Assembly: GCF_014280195.1 (NCBI RefSeq)
Contig: NZ_CP047960.1
Span: 1,200,001 to 1,232,000, forward strand
DNA from: Synechococcus sp. A15-24
GTDB lineage: Bacteria > Cyanobacteriota > Cyanobacteriia > PCC-6307 > Cyanobiaceae
Reading direction: 5' to 3'
Length of the DNA stretch: 32,000 bases
Below are positions 7,417 through 15,588 of the stretch, piece after piece. Each line of letters begins with the position of its first letter. The stretch's first letter is position 1. The notes beneath the pieces are model-generated. The model was not told the DNA's origin. It saw only the letters and a program-made list of their open reading frames with translations, and searched no databases. Position numbers and translations under genes: made by a program.

Positions 7417-7571
7417 ATCGCTCATATCGATTCTCTAACACATTATTTTTCTGAATGATCTAACCAGACAGGTTCGTTGACCAAACCAGACTCTCAAAAC
7501 TTCAGTGCGTATCTCCTGTTTGACAGCCATGGACCAGGGCCGTGAGGATCACAGGGCTCGCGCTGTTTTGA

Positions 7572-7664
7572 ATGGACACCCAGTCCCTGGTCACCATCGC
7601 CACACCGTTTCTGGTGTTTGGCGGTGTCTTTGCAGTGCTGTTACTGGTCTGGGATCGCTCCTGA
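7572..7664 (+). CDS. single-TM micropeptide (30 aa)
   Basis: ATG ORF 'MDTQSLVTIATPFLVFGGVFAVLLLVWDRS', below the track cut-off. Confidence 0.35.
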   Translation: MDTQSLVTIATPFLVFGGVFAVLLLVWDRS

Positions 7665-7667
7665 TCC

Positions 7668-7763
7668 ATGTGGACCCCTTACGCGGACTGGATTTACACC
7701 GTGGTCAGCCTGAGTGGCCTGCTGCTGATCTGCTGGTTGGTGTTGGTGCGATCTGCCCGCTGA
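7668..7763 (+). CDS. single-TM micropeptide (31 aa)
   Basis: ATG ORF 'MWTPYADWIYTVVSLSGLLLICWLVLVRSAR', starting 3 nt after the previous stop. Confidence 0.35.
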   Translation: MWTPYADWIYTVVSLSGLLLICWLVLVRSAR

Positions 7764-7765
7764 AA

Positions 7766-8128
7766 TCAACCGACGATGGCTTCCATCTCAGGCTCCAACA
7801 GCACATCTCGGGCGTTGTTGTAGCGCGTCATCAGCTCAGGATCGCCACCCTTGTCGGGGTGATGCTTCACCGCGAGCAGTTTGTGAGCACGTTTCACCTG
7901 CTGCTCCGTGAGTCGTCCGGTCAGAGGCAAGCCAAGGCTCTGGCGGGCCTTGATGGCGTCGATATCAGGGTCTCGCCCCATTGGACACTGTTCGCGGCGG
8001 TGGTTGGCTTTGCCCGGCTTGCGTTTGGCACTCTTCTTGCCGGATGAACCTGCGCCACCGCCGAAACCGCCGCTACCGGCTTCACCACCCCCGAGCCCAG
8101 TCGTTTTCGCCACCGGAAGACTCACCAC
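7766..8128 (-). CDS. J-domain (DnaJ-like) protein with Gly-rich basic N-terminus
   Basis: C-terminal J-domain 'AHKLLAVKHHPDKGGDPELMTRYNNA' containing the HPD tripeptide. The antisense 180-aa ORF 7505..8047 is judged a shadow. Confidence 0.85.
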   Translation of the reverse strand: MVSLPVAKTTGLGGGEAGSGGFGGGAGSSGKKSAKRKPGKANHRREQCPMGRDPDIDAIKARQSLGLPLTGRLTEQQVKRAHKLLAVKHHPDKGGDPELMTRYNNARDVLLEPEMEAIVG

Positions 8129-8209
8129 AAGGGCGTCACAATGACTGATCGGGGGTCCCGGCTTCGGTGATCTGCGTGACTCCCAGCCCTGAAACCCAGC
8201 AGCCAGACC

Positions 8210-8677
8210 ATGGAGCGCGTCCGCGACTACCCCCGTCCACCACGGTTGGAAGCCTCTCAGGACCAGATCCGGGTGGAGGCTCTAGGCGAAATCCTTGTGG
8301 AGACACAACGCAGTTTGCGGGTGCTGGAGACCTTCCATCCCCCCACCTATTACTTGCCGCCGGAGGCCATGAACCAGGTGCTGCTGGTTCCCGCCCCGGG
8401 GAGGCCGTCGTTCTGTGAATGGAAGGGTGTGGCCAGCTATTACGACGTGGTGGCAGGAGAGCGGCGGCTTAATCGAGCGGTATGGACTTACAACCACCCC
8501 AGTGAACGGTTCCGCGAGCTGGCCGGGTGGTTTGCCCTCTACCCAGGACAGATGGATGGCTGTTGGGTTAACGGCGAACGGGTGACTCCCCAGCATGGGG
8601 GGTTCTACGGCGGTTGGATCACATCCCAGGTTGAAGGGCCCTTCAAGGGGGATCCCAGTCATCCGGAACTGATCTGA
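8210..8677 (+). CDS. DUF427 domain protein
   Basis: 'PPTYYLPPEAM...FCEWKGVASYYDVV...AVWTYNHP' fits the DUF427 pattern (YYxPxxD ... CxxKGxAxYY ... aWxY). Confidence 0.8.
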   Translation: MERVRDYPRPPRLEASQDQIRVEALGEILVETQRSLRVLETFHPPTYYLPPEAMNQVLLVPAPGRPSFCEWKGVASYYDVVAGERRLNRAVWTYNHPSERFRELAGWFALYPGQMDGCWVNGERVTPQHGGFYGGWITSQVEGPFKGDPSHPELI

Positions 8678-8682
8678 TCTGA

Positions 8683-9339
8683 TCAACCCAGGGGCTTGGT
8701 GGCCACCACAGCGAAGAACGGATCACCCTTGCCACCGAGCAGTCCCATTACCCCCTCACCGCGGGTCTGTTCCGCCACGATCTCTGGCTTGGGCCAGCCC
8801 TGTGCCATCAGCACCGAAGCCACATAACTGAGGTGATCACGGTCATCACCATCGGTCCAGACCTGAGGGGCCTTGGTGAAGAACATGCGGTTGCTGAAGG
8901 CCACGATCACCTGGCCTCGAGGGCGGGTGATCCGCAGCAATTCGGCGGCAATGGCTTCCGGTTGCTGCAGGTACTGCCAGCCGGCAACGATCAAGGTGCA
9001 ATCAAAACTGTCGTTCTCAAGAGGCAGCACCTGATCACGATTGAGGTTCTGTACCCAATGGCGATCAAGGCTGGGATTGGCTGCCAGCTCCTCGTCGTTG
9101 AGCCCATGACCCACCACGGTGTCGTAGGTGATGTCGTCCGGCAGATGACTGACCCAGCTGCTCATCAGATCCAACACCTCGGCGCAGGGAGGGATCCGTT
9201 CTCGGTAGAGCTGCGTCAGACGCGCCCGGAAACCCGCGTCGAGATGATGAACAAAGCGAGGCTCGTTGTAAAACAGCGCGTCATCACTGCCATCCAGCTT
9301 GTAGCGCTGGGATTCCTCAAGAACGCGAACAGCAGGCAT
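8683..9339 (-). CDS. class I SAM-dependent methyltransferase-like protein
   Basis: 218-aa ORF with 'VLDLMSSWVSHLP' (motif I-like) and 'FDCTLIVAGWQYL'. This type is conserved in cyanobacteria and plastids. Confidence 0.7.
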   Translation of the reverse strand: MPAVRVLEESQRYKLDGSDDALFYNEPRFVHHLDAGFRARLTQLYRERIPPCAEVLDLMSSWVSHLPDDITYDTVVGHGLNDEELAANPSLDRHWVQNLNRDQVLPLENDSFDCTLIVAGWQYLQQPEAIAAELLRITRPRGQVIVAFSNRMFFTKAPQVWTDGDDRDHLSYVASVLMAQGWPKPEIVAEQTRGEGVMGLLGGKGDPFFAVVATKPLG

Positions 9340-9342
9340 GGC

Positions 9343-9564
9343 TCAACCCAGTTCGAGATACCAGCGCACCACGCCCGTCAGTTGACCGACGATGTCCTGG
9401 CCTGTGAACAGTTCCCCGAGAACCGCGGCCGAAAAACCCACCATCGCGGCACGACCATTTAGGCGTTCGACGAAGGTCAGCGCCGACTGGTTCCAAGGGC
9501 GTGCTGTGGTGAGGGACTCACCGAAACGCTCCGGTTGCTCGTACTGGAAAGCCGGTCGTGTCAT
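9343..9564 (-). CDS. hli: high-light-inducible protein (HLIP, CAB/ELIP/HLIP superfamily)
   Basis: Chlorophyll-binding helix motif 'ERLNGRAAMVGFSAAVLGE'. The ATG at 9564 overlaps the upstream gene's stop (ATGA at 9561-9564); an alternative ATG lies at 9582. Confidence 0.9.
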   Translation of the reverse strand: MTRPAFQYEQPERFGESLTTARPWNQSALTFVERLNGRAAMVGFSAAVLGELFTGQDIVGQLTGVVRWYLELG

Positions 9565-9974
9565 CGCAGCGAACAGATCCATCGGACCTTAACGGCCGTA
9601 TCCGGTCGACTGGGGTAGGCAGACCAGGATCCATCCGACGAGCGTCGTTCCAGACGACCGTCTGAACAGAGCGCACGCATCGGCACAACCTTGCTCGTCC
9701 ATTCGTCTCGGCCGGTTGGCTTCAGCAGCAGGCCGGCCTCGAGCTCCATGGTGTCCCCCACAGCGCGAGGCTTTCGTATGTATTCAGCAGCTTCAACACG
9801 GGCATTGCGGATGGCATCCATGAACTGCCACTCCGGCTCGGGCAGATACTCCTCACGCAGCTGTTGCATCGCCTGAGGCTCAGGCTTCGGGCTCCAGTCG
9901 GCCTGGGCGAGCGCCCCAGGCGCAACAGCCAGAACACTCAGGACCGCGACGGTCAAACGATGAAGCAACGGCAC
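9561..9974 (-). CDS. secreted hypothetical protein (137 aa)
   Basis: Signal peptide 'MPLLHRLTVAVLSVLAVAPGALAQA'. Coupled to hli. Confidence 0.6.
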   Translation of the reverse strand: MPLLHRLTVAVLSVLAVAPGALAQADWSPKPEPQAMQQLREEYLPEPEWQFMDAIRNARVEAAEYIRKPRAVGDTMELEAGLLLKPTGRDEWTSKVVPMRALCSDGRLERRSSDGSWSAYPSRPDTAVKVRWICSLR

Positions 9975-10053
9975 GCAATGAGCGACGAAGCATTTGATTC
10001 AATCAACAAAAAACCCCTGAATGGAGCAGGGGATGAGATTGGAACAGATTGAT

Positions 10054-10239
10054 TCAGAACACCCGCAGGGTTGGATCCGTGGACACCAGCTGCAAGCGGC
10101 ATAGCGTGATCTCCAGTGGTTCATGCACCGGAGCCTCAAAAGCGAGGGGTGTTGAAACACCTGCAACAAGCAAACTGAAGCTGACGGCCAGCAAACATTG
10201 CTGAACGGTGTTGTGTTGGGCTGTTTGGGTTGTGGTCAT
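10054..10239 (-). CDS. small secreted or membrane protein (61 aa)
   Basis: The internal ATG at 10239 is preceded by GGAGG 6 nt upstream. Hydrophobic 'CLLAVSFSLLVAGVSTPLAF'. Confidence 0.5.
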   Translation of the reverse strand: MTTTQTAQHNTVQQCLLAVSFSLLVAGVSTPLAFEAPVHEPLEITLCRLQLVSTDPTLRVF

Positions 10240-10470
10240 GGCTGACCTCCTGGGTCGTGTGGGATTTGGATCTCCCTTGAATGCATTCAGCATCAGCGAA
10301 GCGGACGATCTGCACATCCCCCAAACGGGTGAAAACCCGCGTTGGATTATTCACTCCGAATGAATTAATACCAGGAACTTTACGAAGCGTTGAAACGAAA
10401 ACATGAACAAATGGTTATGGCATCAGGCAGATTGGACGTGTCATGTTGAGCGGGTCACACCTCAGAGCTC

Positions 10471-10656
10471 ATGTCAACAATCACTGAGGGACGGACTCCC
10501 TACACCGTTCGCCACAAGAACTCCAACGGCGAGAAGCTCGAGTCCTGCTTTTACGCCAGCGATGCCTACGAAGCCCGGCTGCTGGCTATGGAATTCAACG
10601 CCTACATCAAACAGCACCCCAACTGCATCGACTCCATCCTTCAGACCAAGGCCTGA
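10471..10656 (+). CDS. hypothetical protein (61 aa)
   Basis: ATG ORF with protein-like composition, 'YASDAYEARLLAMEFNAYIKQHP'. Confidence 0.5.
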   Translation: MSTITEGRTPYTVRHKNSNGEKLESCFYASDAYEARLLAMEFNAYIKQHPNCIDSILQTKA

Positions 10657-10660
10657 TGCC

Positions 10661-10855
10661 TCAAGGCTCGAGCTGCTCAGCGGCAGCCCGACGGCGTTCC
10701 ACCTGAAAAAACACCACCCAGGCCAGGCTCGACAGTCCACCCCCAAGCCAATCGCTGCGCAGGAGTTCCACAATCGCCACTGTGCTGGCCCCGATCCTCA
10801 GGCCCCGCAGCAGAAGATCCATCAACACAGGTGTCCGAGGTTGATCGCGCTGCAT
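10661..10855 (-). CDS. small hypothetical membrane protein (64 aa)
   Basis: Internal ATG of the 125-aa track ORF, chosen so that it does not overlap the divergent gene starting at 10894. Confidence 0.3.
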   Translation of the reverse strand: MQRDQPRTPVLMDLLLRGLRIGASTVAIVELLRSDWLGGGLSSLAWVVFFQVERRRAAAEQLEP

Positions 10856-10893
10856 CGGCTGGATCCGGAAGTATGGCGTCACGGAAGCTTCCC

Positions 10894-11388
10894 ATGACCT
10901 CTGATCTCCCACAGGACGCCGCAGCTGTCCTGGAGCTGGAACGCCAAGCCCGCCTTCTGGGTTCGGGGCTGACATCCCAGACCCTCTCTGGCTGCTGGTG
11001 GCTGAACACCACCTGGTCGCGTCAAGCCAAGGCAGCACCGAAGGCGTCGACGCTGCTGCTGCGCACTCTGAAGGCCTGTCTAGAGCTTGAGCAGAACGAA
11101 ACAGGCCTGCGGATCGCCAACCAGGTGAACCTGGGCCCGCTGCTGCTTCGCTTCGAGGGGAGCGCCTGCCTGCTGGGTCGCCGGCCCCTGTTGCAATTCA
11201 GCTTCTCGTGCGTACGCGTGATGCTCGGTTCCTACCGACTGCTCGAGCGCTCCCTGCCCCAGCCCAAACCCCAACGGATGCCCTTCTTTGCTCTCATTGC
11301 CGTCGGCGATGACGCCCACTGGCTCTGTGCCCGCGGACGGGGCGGTGGCCTGGCGCTATGGGTGAAGGACCCTGCCATCCAGCGATGA
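10894..11388 (+). CDS. PAP/fibrillin-like protein (tentative)
   Basis: 'LSGCWWLNTTWS' and the C-terminal 'FFALIAVGDDAHWLCARGRGGGLALWVKD' resemble the fibrillin 'GxWxLxYTS' and 'YLDxDLRIxRGxxGxxFVL' blocks. ATG at 10894. Confidence 0.5.
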   Translation: MTSDLPQDAAAVLELERQARLLGSGLTSQTLSGCWWLNTTWSRQAKAAPKASTLLLRTLKACLELEQNETGLRIANQVNLGPLLLRFEGSACLLGRRPLLQFSFSCVRVMLGSYRLLERSLPQPKPQRMPFFALIAVGDDAHWLCARGRGGGLALWVKDPAIQR

Positions 11389-11816
11389 CAATCAGCGTCG
11401 CCCTGGCCGTGCTCCATCGGGATGGACGCTGGCTGTTGCAGCTGCGCGATGACATCGACTCAATCATTTATCCCGGCCACTGGGGTCTGTTCGGTGGCCA
11501 TGTCGAGTCGGGAGAGTCTCCGGCTGACGCTGTTCAGCGCGAACTGGAGGAGGAAATCAGCTGGGCTCCCTCAACTCCGCTGCAGCACTGGTTCAGCGAT
11601 GACAGTGGCACCCGCACGGCCCACGTGTTCCGCGGTGTGCTGACGGTGCCCCTGGAACAGCTGTGCCTTAAGGAAGGGCAGGACCTCAAACTCGCCAGCC
11701 TGGAGGAGCTCTGCAGGGAGAAGATCTGGAGTGATCACTGCCAGGAGCAGCGTCCGATCGCCCCAGGCTTGTCCATCGTCATGCGCCGTCTGCTGGCGGA
11801 GATGGATGACGCCTGA
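11385..11816 (+). CDS. Nudix hydrolase
   Basis: Nudix box 'GGHVESGESPADAVQRELEEEI'. The ATG overlaps the upstream stop (ATGA at 11385-11388). Confidence 0.85.
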   Translation: MTISVALAVLHRDGRWLLQLRDDIDSIIYPGHWGLFGGHVESGESPADAVQRELEEEISWAPSTPLQHWFSDDSGTRTAHVFRGVLTVPLEQLCLKEGQDLKLASLEELCREKIWSDHCQEQRPIAPGLSIVMRRLLAEMDDA

Positions 11817-12594
11817 AGCCTGGTTCGACATTGAGGACGGCGAAGCCTGGCTGGGGGGTGCGCCGGTCCTGCAGTCCCTGTCGCTGCAGCTGCGACTGGG
11901 GGAATCCACCACGGTGCTTGGACCCAACGGAGCCGGCAAGAGCAGCCTGGTGAAGCTGATTGATCGCAGCCTGCATCCGATCGTCAAACCGACTGCCCAC
12001 CTGAAATTGTTCGGGTCATCAACGGCGAATCTCTGGCGGTTGCGGCGACGGTTGGGGGTGGTGACCAGTGAGCTGGAACAACGCATTCCGGCTGGCTGTC
12101 CTGCTCGGGAGGTGGTGCAGTGCGGCCTGTTCGGCTCCATGCGCCTCGGACGAGACCAGGTGCCAAGCACCGCTCAACGGGACCTCAGCGACAGCCTCAT
12201 CCAACAACTGGATCTGCAGTCGATCGCCGAACAACCGTTCGGGACGTTGTCGGATGGTCAGAAACGCCGTCTGTTGATCGCGCGGGCGCTGGTGCACGCT
12301 CCGGAGGTTCTGGTGCTCGATGAGCCGAGTCGAGCCCTGGATCTCAAGGCCTGCCACCAGCTGCTCAGCACCCTGCAGCAGCTCTGCCGCAAGAACACCA
12401 CTGTGGTGCAGGTGACCCATCGCATAGACACGATTGTTCCTGAGATGCAGCGGGTGCTGTTTCTCTCTGGGGGCCAGATCGTGGGAGACGGCACGCCCGA
12501 CGAGATGCTTCAGGACACGCCGCTCAGCACGCTGTTCGACACACCGCTGCGGGTGGTGCACGCCAATGGCTTCCGTCAGGTACTGCCGGCCTGA
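11806..12594 (+). CDS. ABC transporter ATP-binding protein
   Basis: Walker A 'GPNGAGKSS', signature 'LSDGQKRR', Walker B 'VLVLDEP'. The ATG at 11806 overlaps the Nudix 3' end by 11 nt. Confidence 0.9.
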   Translation: MTPEAWFDIEDGEAWLGGAPVLQSLSLQLRLGESTTVLGPNGAGKSSLVKLIDRSLHPIVKPTAHLKLFGSSTANLWRLRRRLGVVTSELEQRIPAGCPAREVVQCGLFGSMRLGRDQVPSTAQRDLSDSLIQQLDLQSIAEQPFGTLSDGQKRRLLIARALVHAPEVLVLDEPSRALDLKACHQLLSTLQQLCRKNTTVVQVTHRIDTIVPEMQRVLFLSGGQIVGDGTPDEMLQDTPLSTLFDTPLRVVHANGFRQVLPA

Positions 12595-13280
12595 ACAGGA
12601 GAGGCCTCGAGCCACTGCTGCAGGCTGCGCAACGGCTGATCGGGCGAACTGGTGATTTCAATGATGTGCCCACTGGAGGCCGGACTCTCCAGAGCATCGA
12701 GACAGACCCGGGCCACCAGCCGACGGGGAATGCTGCTGCTCTGCTGCTGATCCGCTCCCGTGAACACAACCCCTTCCGCCTCAGCGCGACCATCGTCCTC
12801 ACTGAGGCCACCCGGACGGACGACGGTCCAATCCAGGCCACTTCGCTCCAGCCAGCGCTCACCCAGTCGTTTCCACACCAGGATCAAACCGAACAGATTC
12901 AGCGGGTGCAGCCAGCGACCCGCGCAGAGGGAACTCACCAACACCACCCGTTGGAGGCCGACCGCCCGGCAGGCCTGCACCTGAGACTGCACGCCAGCAG
13001 CGTCCACCTGCAGTGGACCAGCGAGATTGATCGATGGCCTGGCTCCCGTGGCAATGACCAATGCTGTGCATCCCTTCAAGGCATGCAGGAGCGCCTCACC
13101 CGAATTGAGATCGAGTCGTTGCACGTCGAGACGTTGATCACGCTCAGCCGCTGCCAGTGCCGGAGGCAACGTGGACTCCTGCCGCACGATGGCTCGGACG
13201 GACATGCCCCGCTGCAGGGCTTCCTCCACCACCCGCCATCCGGTTTTGCCGGAGGCACCGGACACCGCCACTCGCTGCAT
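12576..13280 (-). CDS. NAD(P)H-binding SDR-family protein (NmrA/atypical SDR-like)
   Basis: N-terminal Rossmann motif 'VAVSGASGKTGWRVV'. ATG at 13280 (GTG alternative at 13301). Confidence 0.8.
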   Translation of the reverse strand: MQRVAVSGASGKTGWRVVEEALQRGMSVRAIVRQESTLPPALAAAERDQRLDVQRLDLNSGEALLHALKGCTALVIATGARPSINLAGPLQVDAAGVQSQVQACRAVGLQRVVLVSSLCAGRWLHPLNLFGLILVWKRLGERWLERSGLDWTVVRPGGLSEDDGRAEAEGVVFTGADQQQSSSIPRRLVARVCLDALESPASSGHIIEITSSPDQPLRSLQQWLEASPVQAGST

Positions 13281-13290
13281 CAGCCGTTTG

Positions 13291-14139
13291 TCAGAGGTCA
13301 CCAGTCAACTGCCCCTTGGACCGTCGCAGCACGCCATGGCGCGGTGCAAACAGGAAGGCCAGCAGAAACTGCGCTGTTTGAACCAAGACGATGCACCCGG
13401 CGGTGGAGCTATCGCTCCAGTAGCTGACGAACACACCGAAAACACTCGACAGGACGCTACTGATCACCGCCAGAACCGTCATGCGATCAAAGCGATCGGT
13501 GAGCAGATAGGCCGTGGCGCCAGGTGTCACCAGCATCGCCACCACCAGGATGATGCCCACCGTCTGGAGGCCAACCACCGCCGCCAGGGAGAGCAGGCCC
13601 AGCAGCATGTAATGAAGAACACCCGTGTTGATCCCGATCGAGCGGGCGTGGGTGGGGTCGAAGCAGAACAGCATCAGATCCCGCCTGAACAACAACAGCA
13701 GCAGCAACACGAGTGCGGAAATCAGCAGCGTCTGCTGAATGTCTCCGGCTGTGATGCCGAGGACGTTGCCGAACAAAATGTGGGTGAGGTCAATGTTGCT
13801 GCGGGTCTTGGACACCAGCACCAGACCGAGAGCAAAAAATCCCGTGAACACCAGACCGATCACGGTGTCTTCCTTGACCCGGGACTTCTGCTTCACAAAG
13901 CCGATCGCCGCCACCGAACCCACCCCGAAGACAAACGCCCCCAGCGAAAAGGGGAGACCCAGGGCATAGGCCACCACCACTCCGGGCAACACCGCATGGG
14001 ACACGGCATCCCCCATCAGCGCCCAACCCTTCAGGGTCATGTAGCAGGACAGCAATCCGCAGACACCCCCCACCAGAGCACTTACCAACAGCGCTCTCAC
14101 CATGAAGGCATGACTGAGGGGCTCCAGCAGCCAATCCAT
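13291..14139 (-). CDS. mntB: Mn/Zn ABC transporter permease (ABC-3 family)
   Basis: Only the C-terminal ~283 aa of the 475-aa track ORF are membrane-protein-like ('MDWLLEPLSHAFMVRALLVSALVGG...'). Alternative ATG at 14175. The upstream Pro/Arg/Gly-rich extension is judged non-coding. Confidence 0.85.
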   Translation of the reverse strand: MDWLLEPLSHAFMVRALLVSALVGGVCGLLSCYMTLKGWALMGDAVSHAVLPGVVVAYALGLPFSLGAFVFGVGSVAAIGFVKQKSRVKEDTVIGLVFTGFFALGLVLVSKTRSNIDLTHILFGNVLGITAGDIQQTLLISALVLLLLLLFRRDLMLFCFDPTHARSIGINTGVLHYMLLGLLSLAAVVGLQTVGIILVVAMLVTPGATAYLLTDRFDRMTVLAVISSVLSSVFGVFVSYWSDSSTAGCIVLVQTAQFLLAFLFAPRHGVLRRSKGQLTGDL

Positions 14140-14234
14140 GCAGGGCAAGACAGGGTGGTGTTCATCCTCAACCATGAAAGCGACGGTTGAGCCTGCGCGA
14201 GAGCCATCAGGATGGGGGCCCAGGCTTCGGCCCG

Positions 14235-15566
14235 ATGCCCCGCGCCTCCACCCTGATCGCCAGACCGGCCTTGCGCCGGTTGCCGACACGGCCGAGCAGG
14301 CTTGTGCAGGGGCTGATTCAACGGGTGCTTCCCCGGCTGTTCCGGCTGCAGGGCCTTGAACTGCGCAGCGGCAACGCCGCCCAGGGTCTGGCGAAGGCGT
14401 TCGCTGCTCAACAGGCAGGACAGAGCACGCTTCTGATCGCGTTCCGCCATCCCAGCACCCGGGATCCGTTGGTGCTGGCTGATCTGTTCTGGAATCGCAT
14501 TCCCGCTGAGGCGGCCGCCTTGCTCCAGCCCCTGCCACGCCCGGTGGAGCTCCGCTTCCTCTACGACCGCGGCATCCCGATCTGGGCTGGCCCGGTGATC
14601 GGATGGCTGCTGCAGCGTTGCGGTGGCATCGCCATTCACCGCGGCCGACTCGACCGTCCAGCCCTTGCCCAGGCCCGCGCCACGTTGGTGCAGGGCCGCC
14701 ATGCCCTGGTGGTGGCACCGGAAGGCGCCACCAACAATCTCTCCGGAGAGATGGCGCCGTTAGAGCCGGGGGTGGCGCAGCTGGCCTTCTGGGCAGCCGA
14801 CGATCTCACCAAAACCAACGACAGACGGGAGCTGCAGTTGCTGCCGCTTGGCATCCGCTACAGCTGGCGCCAGCAGCGCTGGGGCGCTCTCGATCAACGG
14901 CTCACTGCTCTGGAGACCCATCTCGGCGTCGAGCCTTCAAAGAAGCCAGCTGAGGATCCGATCAGCCCACGCCGGGACCGATTGCTGCGCATCGGTGCCC
15001 ACCTGATGTCGGCCCTTGAGCAACTGGAGCGCCTCAACCCCCCGGAGGGTCAAAGCCTGACGGAACGAATCGAGGCGTACCGGCTGCACGGTCTGGCCAC
15101 AGCGGAAGCGCACTTTCAGCTGAAGGCCGGCGGCACCCTGCAGGAGCGCTGCCGCAGCATCGAACAGGCCGCATGGGATCGCATTTACCGGGAGGGACTG
15201 GACCAGCTGCCGACCCTCGAACGGGGCCTGGCGGACTGGGAAGCCCAGGAAGCCGATCTGCAGCTCAGCCGCATGCGGCTGGTGGAGCACTTCACCAGCG
15301 TCAGTGGTCATTACGTCAGTGATGCTCCGGACTTCGACCGTTTGGCGGAGATGCTGCTGCTGGTGGAGGAAGCGATCGGCTGGATTGAATCCAAGCCCTG
15401 GCCAGCACGGCCTTCTCTGGGACCGCAACGGGTGGAGTTGAGCCTCGGTGATCCCCTGCCGGTGCACACCCGTCTCCAGGACTACCGGCACAACAGACGT
15501 CGCGCCGTCCAGCACCTCACGCAGGCTTTGGACGACGAACTCAGCTCCCTGATCTCTCCAGCCTGA
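14235..15566 (+). CDS. PlsC-type glycerolipid acyltransferase with long unassigned C-terminal half
   Basis: HX4D block 'FRHPSTRDP' and 'VVAPEGATNN' (PEG block). ATG at 14235 (TTG alternative at 14187). Confidence 0.75.
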   Translation: MPRASTLIARPALRRLPTRPSRLVQGLIQRVLPRLFRLQGLELRSGNAAQGLAKAFAAQQAGQSTLLIAFRHPSTRDPLVLADLFWNRIPAEAAALLQPLPRPVELRFLYDRGIPIWAGPVIGWLLQRCGGIAIHRGRLDRPALAQARATLVQGRHALVVAPEGATNNLSGEMAPLEPGVAQLAFWAADDLTKTNDRRELQLLPLGIRYSWRQQRWGALDQRLTALETHLGVEPSKKPAEDPISPRRDRLLRIGAHLMSALEQLERLNPPEGQSLTERIEAYRLHGLATAEAHFQLKAGGTLQERCRSIEQAAWDRIYREGLDQLPTLERGLADWEAQEADLQLSRMRLVEHFTSVSGHYVSDAPDFDRLAEMLLLVEEAIGWIESKPWPARPSLGPQRVELSLGDPLPVHTRLQDYRHNRRRAVQHLTQALDDELSSLISPA

Positions 15567-15588
15567 ATCTTTCCTCCAGGACACCTCA

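Noticed and set aside
7505-8047. 180-aa plus-strand ORF
   Set aside because: Its 3' two-thirds lie antisense to the J-domain gene (HPD motif). Its 5' part is better explained by two micropeptide ORFs in another frame.
8669-8683. (CTGAT)x3 microsatellite
   Set aside because: It has only three units and is fully explained as the overlapping 3' ends and stop codons of two convergent genes. There is no evidence of variability.
10865-10888. 'CCGGAAGTA...ACGGAAGC', reminiscent of the glutamine-riboswitch (glnA / downstream-peptide) GGAAGUAGG element
   Set aside because: I could not find the second conserved element (GAAGGAAC-type) or the closing helix. The stretch also overlaps the likely 5' end of two divergent genes.
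13171-14190. 339-aa plus-strand ORF (His/Gln/Arg-rich)
   Set aside because: It lies entirely antisense to the permease gene and has a low-complexity, non-protein-like composition, so it is a shadow ORF.
14140-14718. N-terminal extension of about 190 aa on the 475-aa ORF that contains the ABC permease
   Set aside because: The extension is Pro/Arg/Gly/Ala-rich with no membrane character. It lies antisense to the well-supported acyltransferase gene. The permease homology begins only at 'MDWLLEP', so this is a typical high-GC open-frame artefact.
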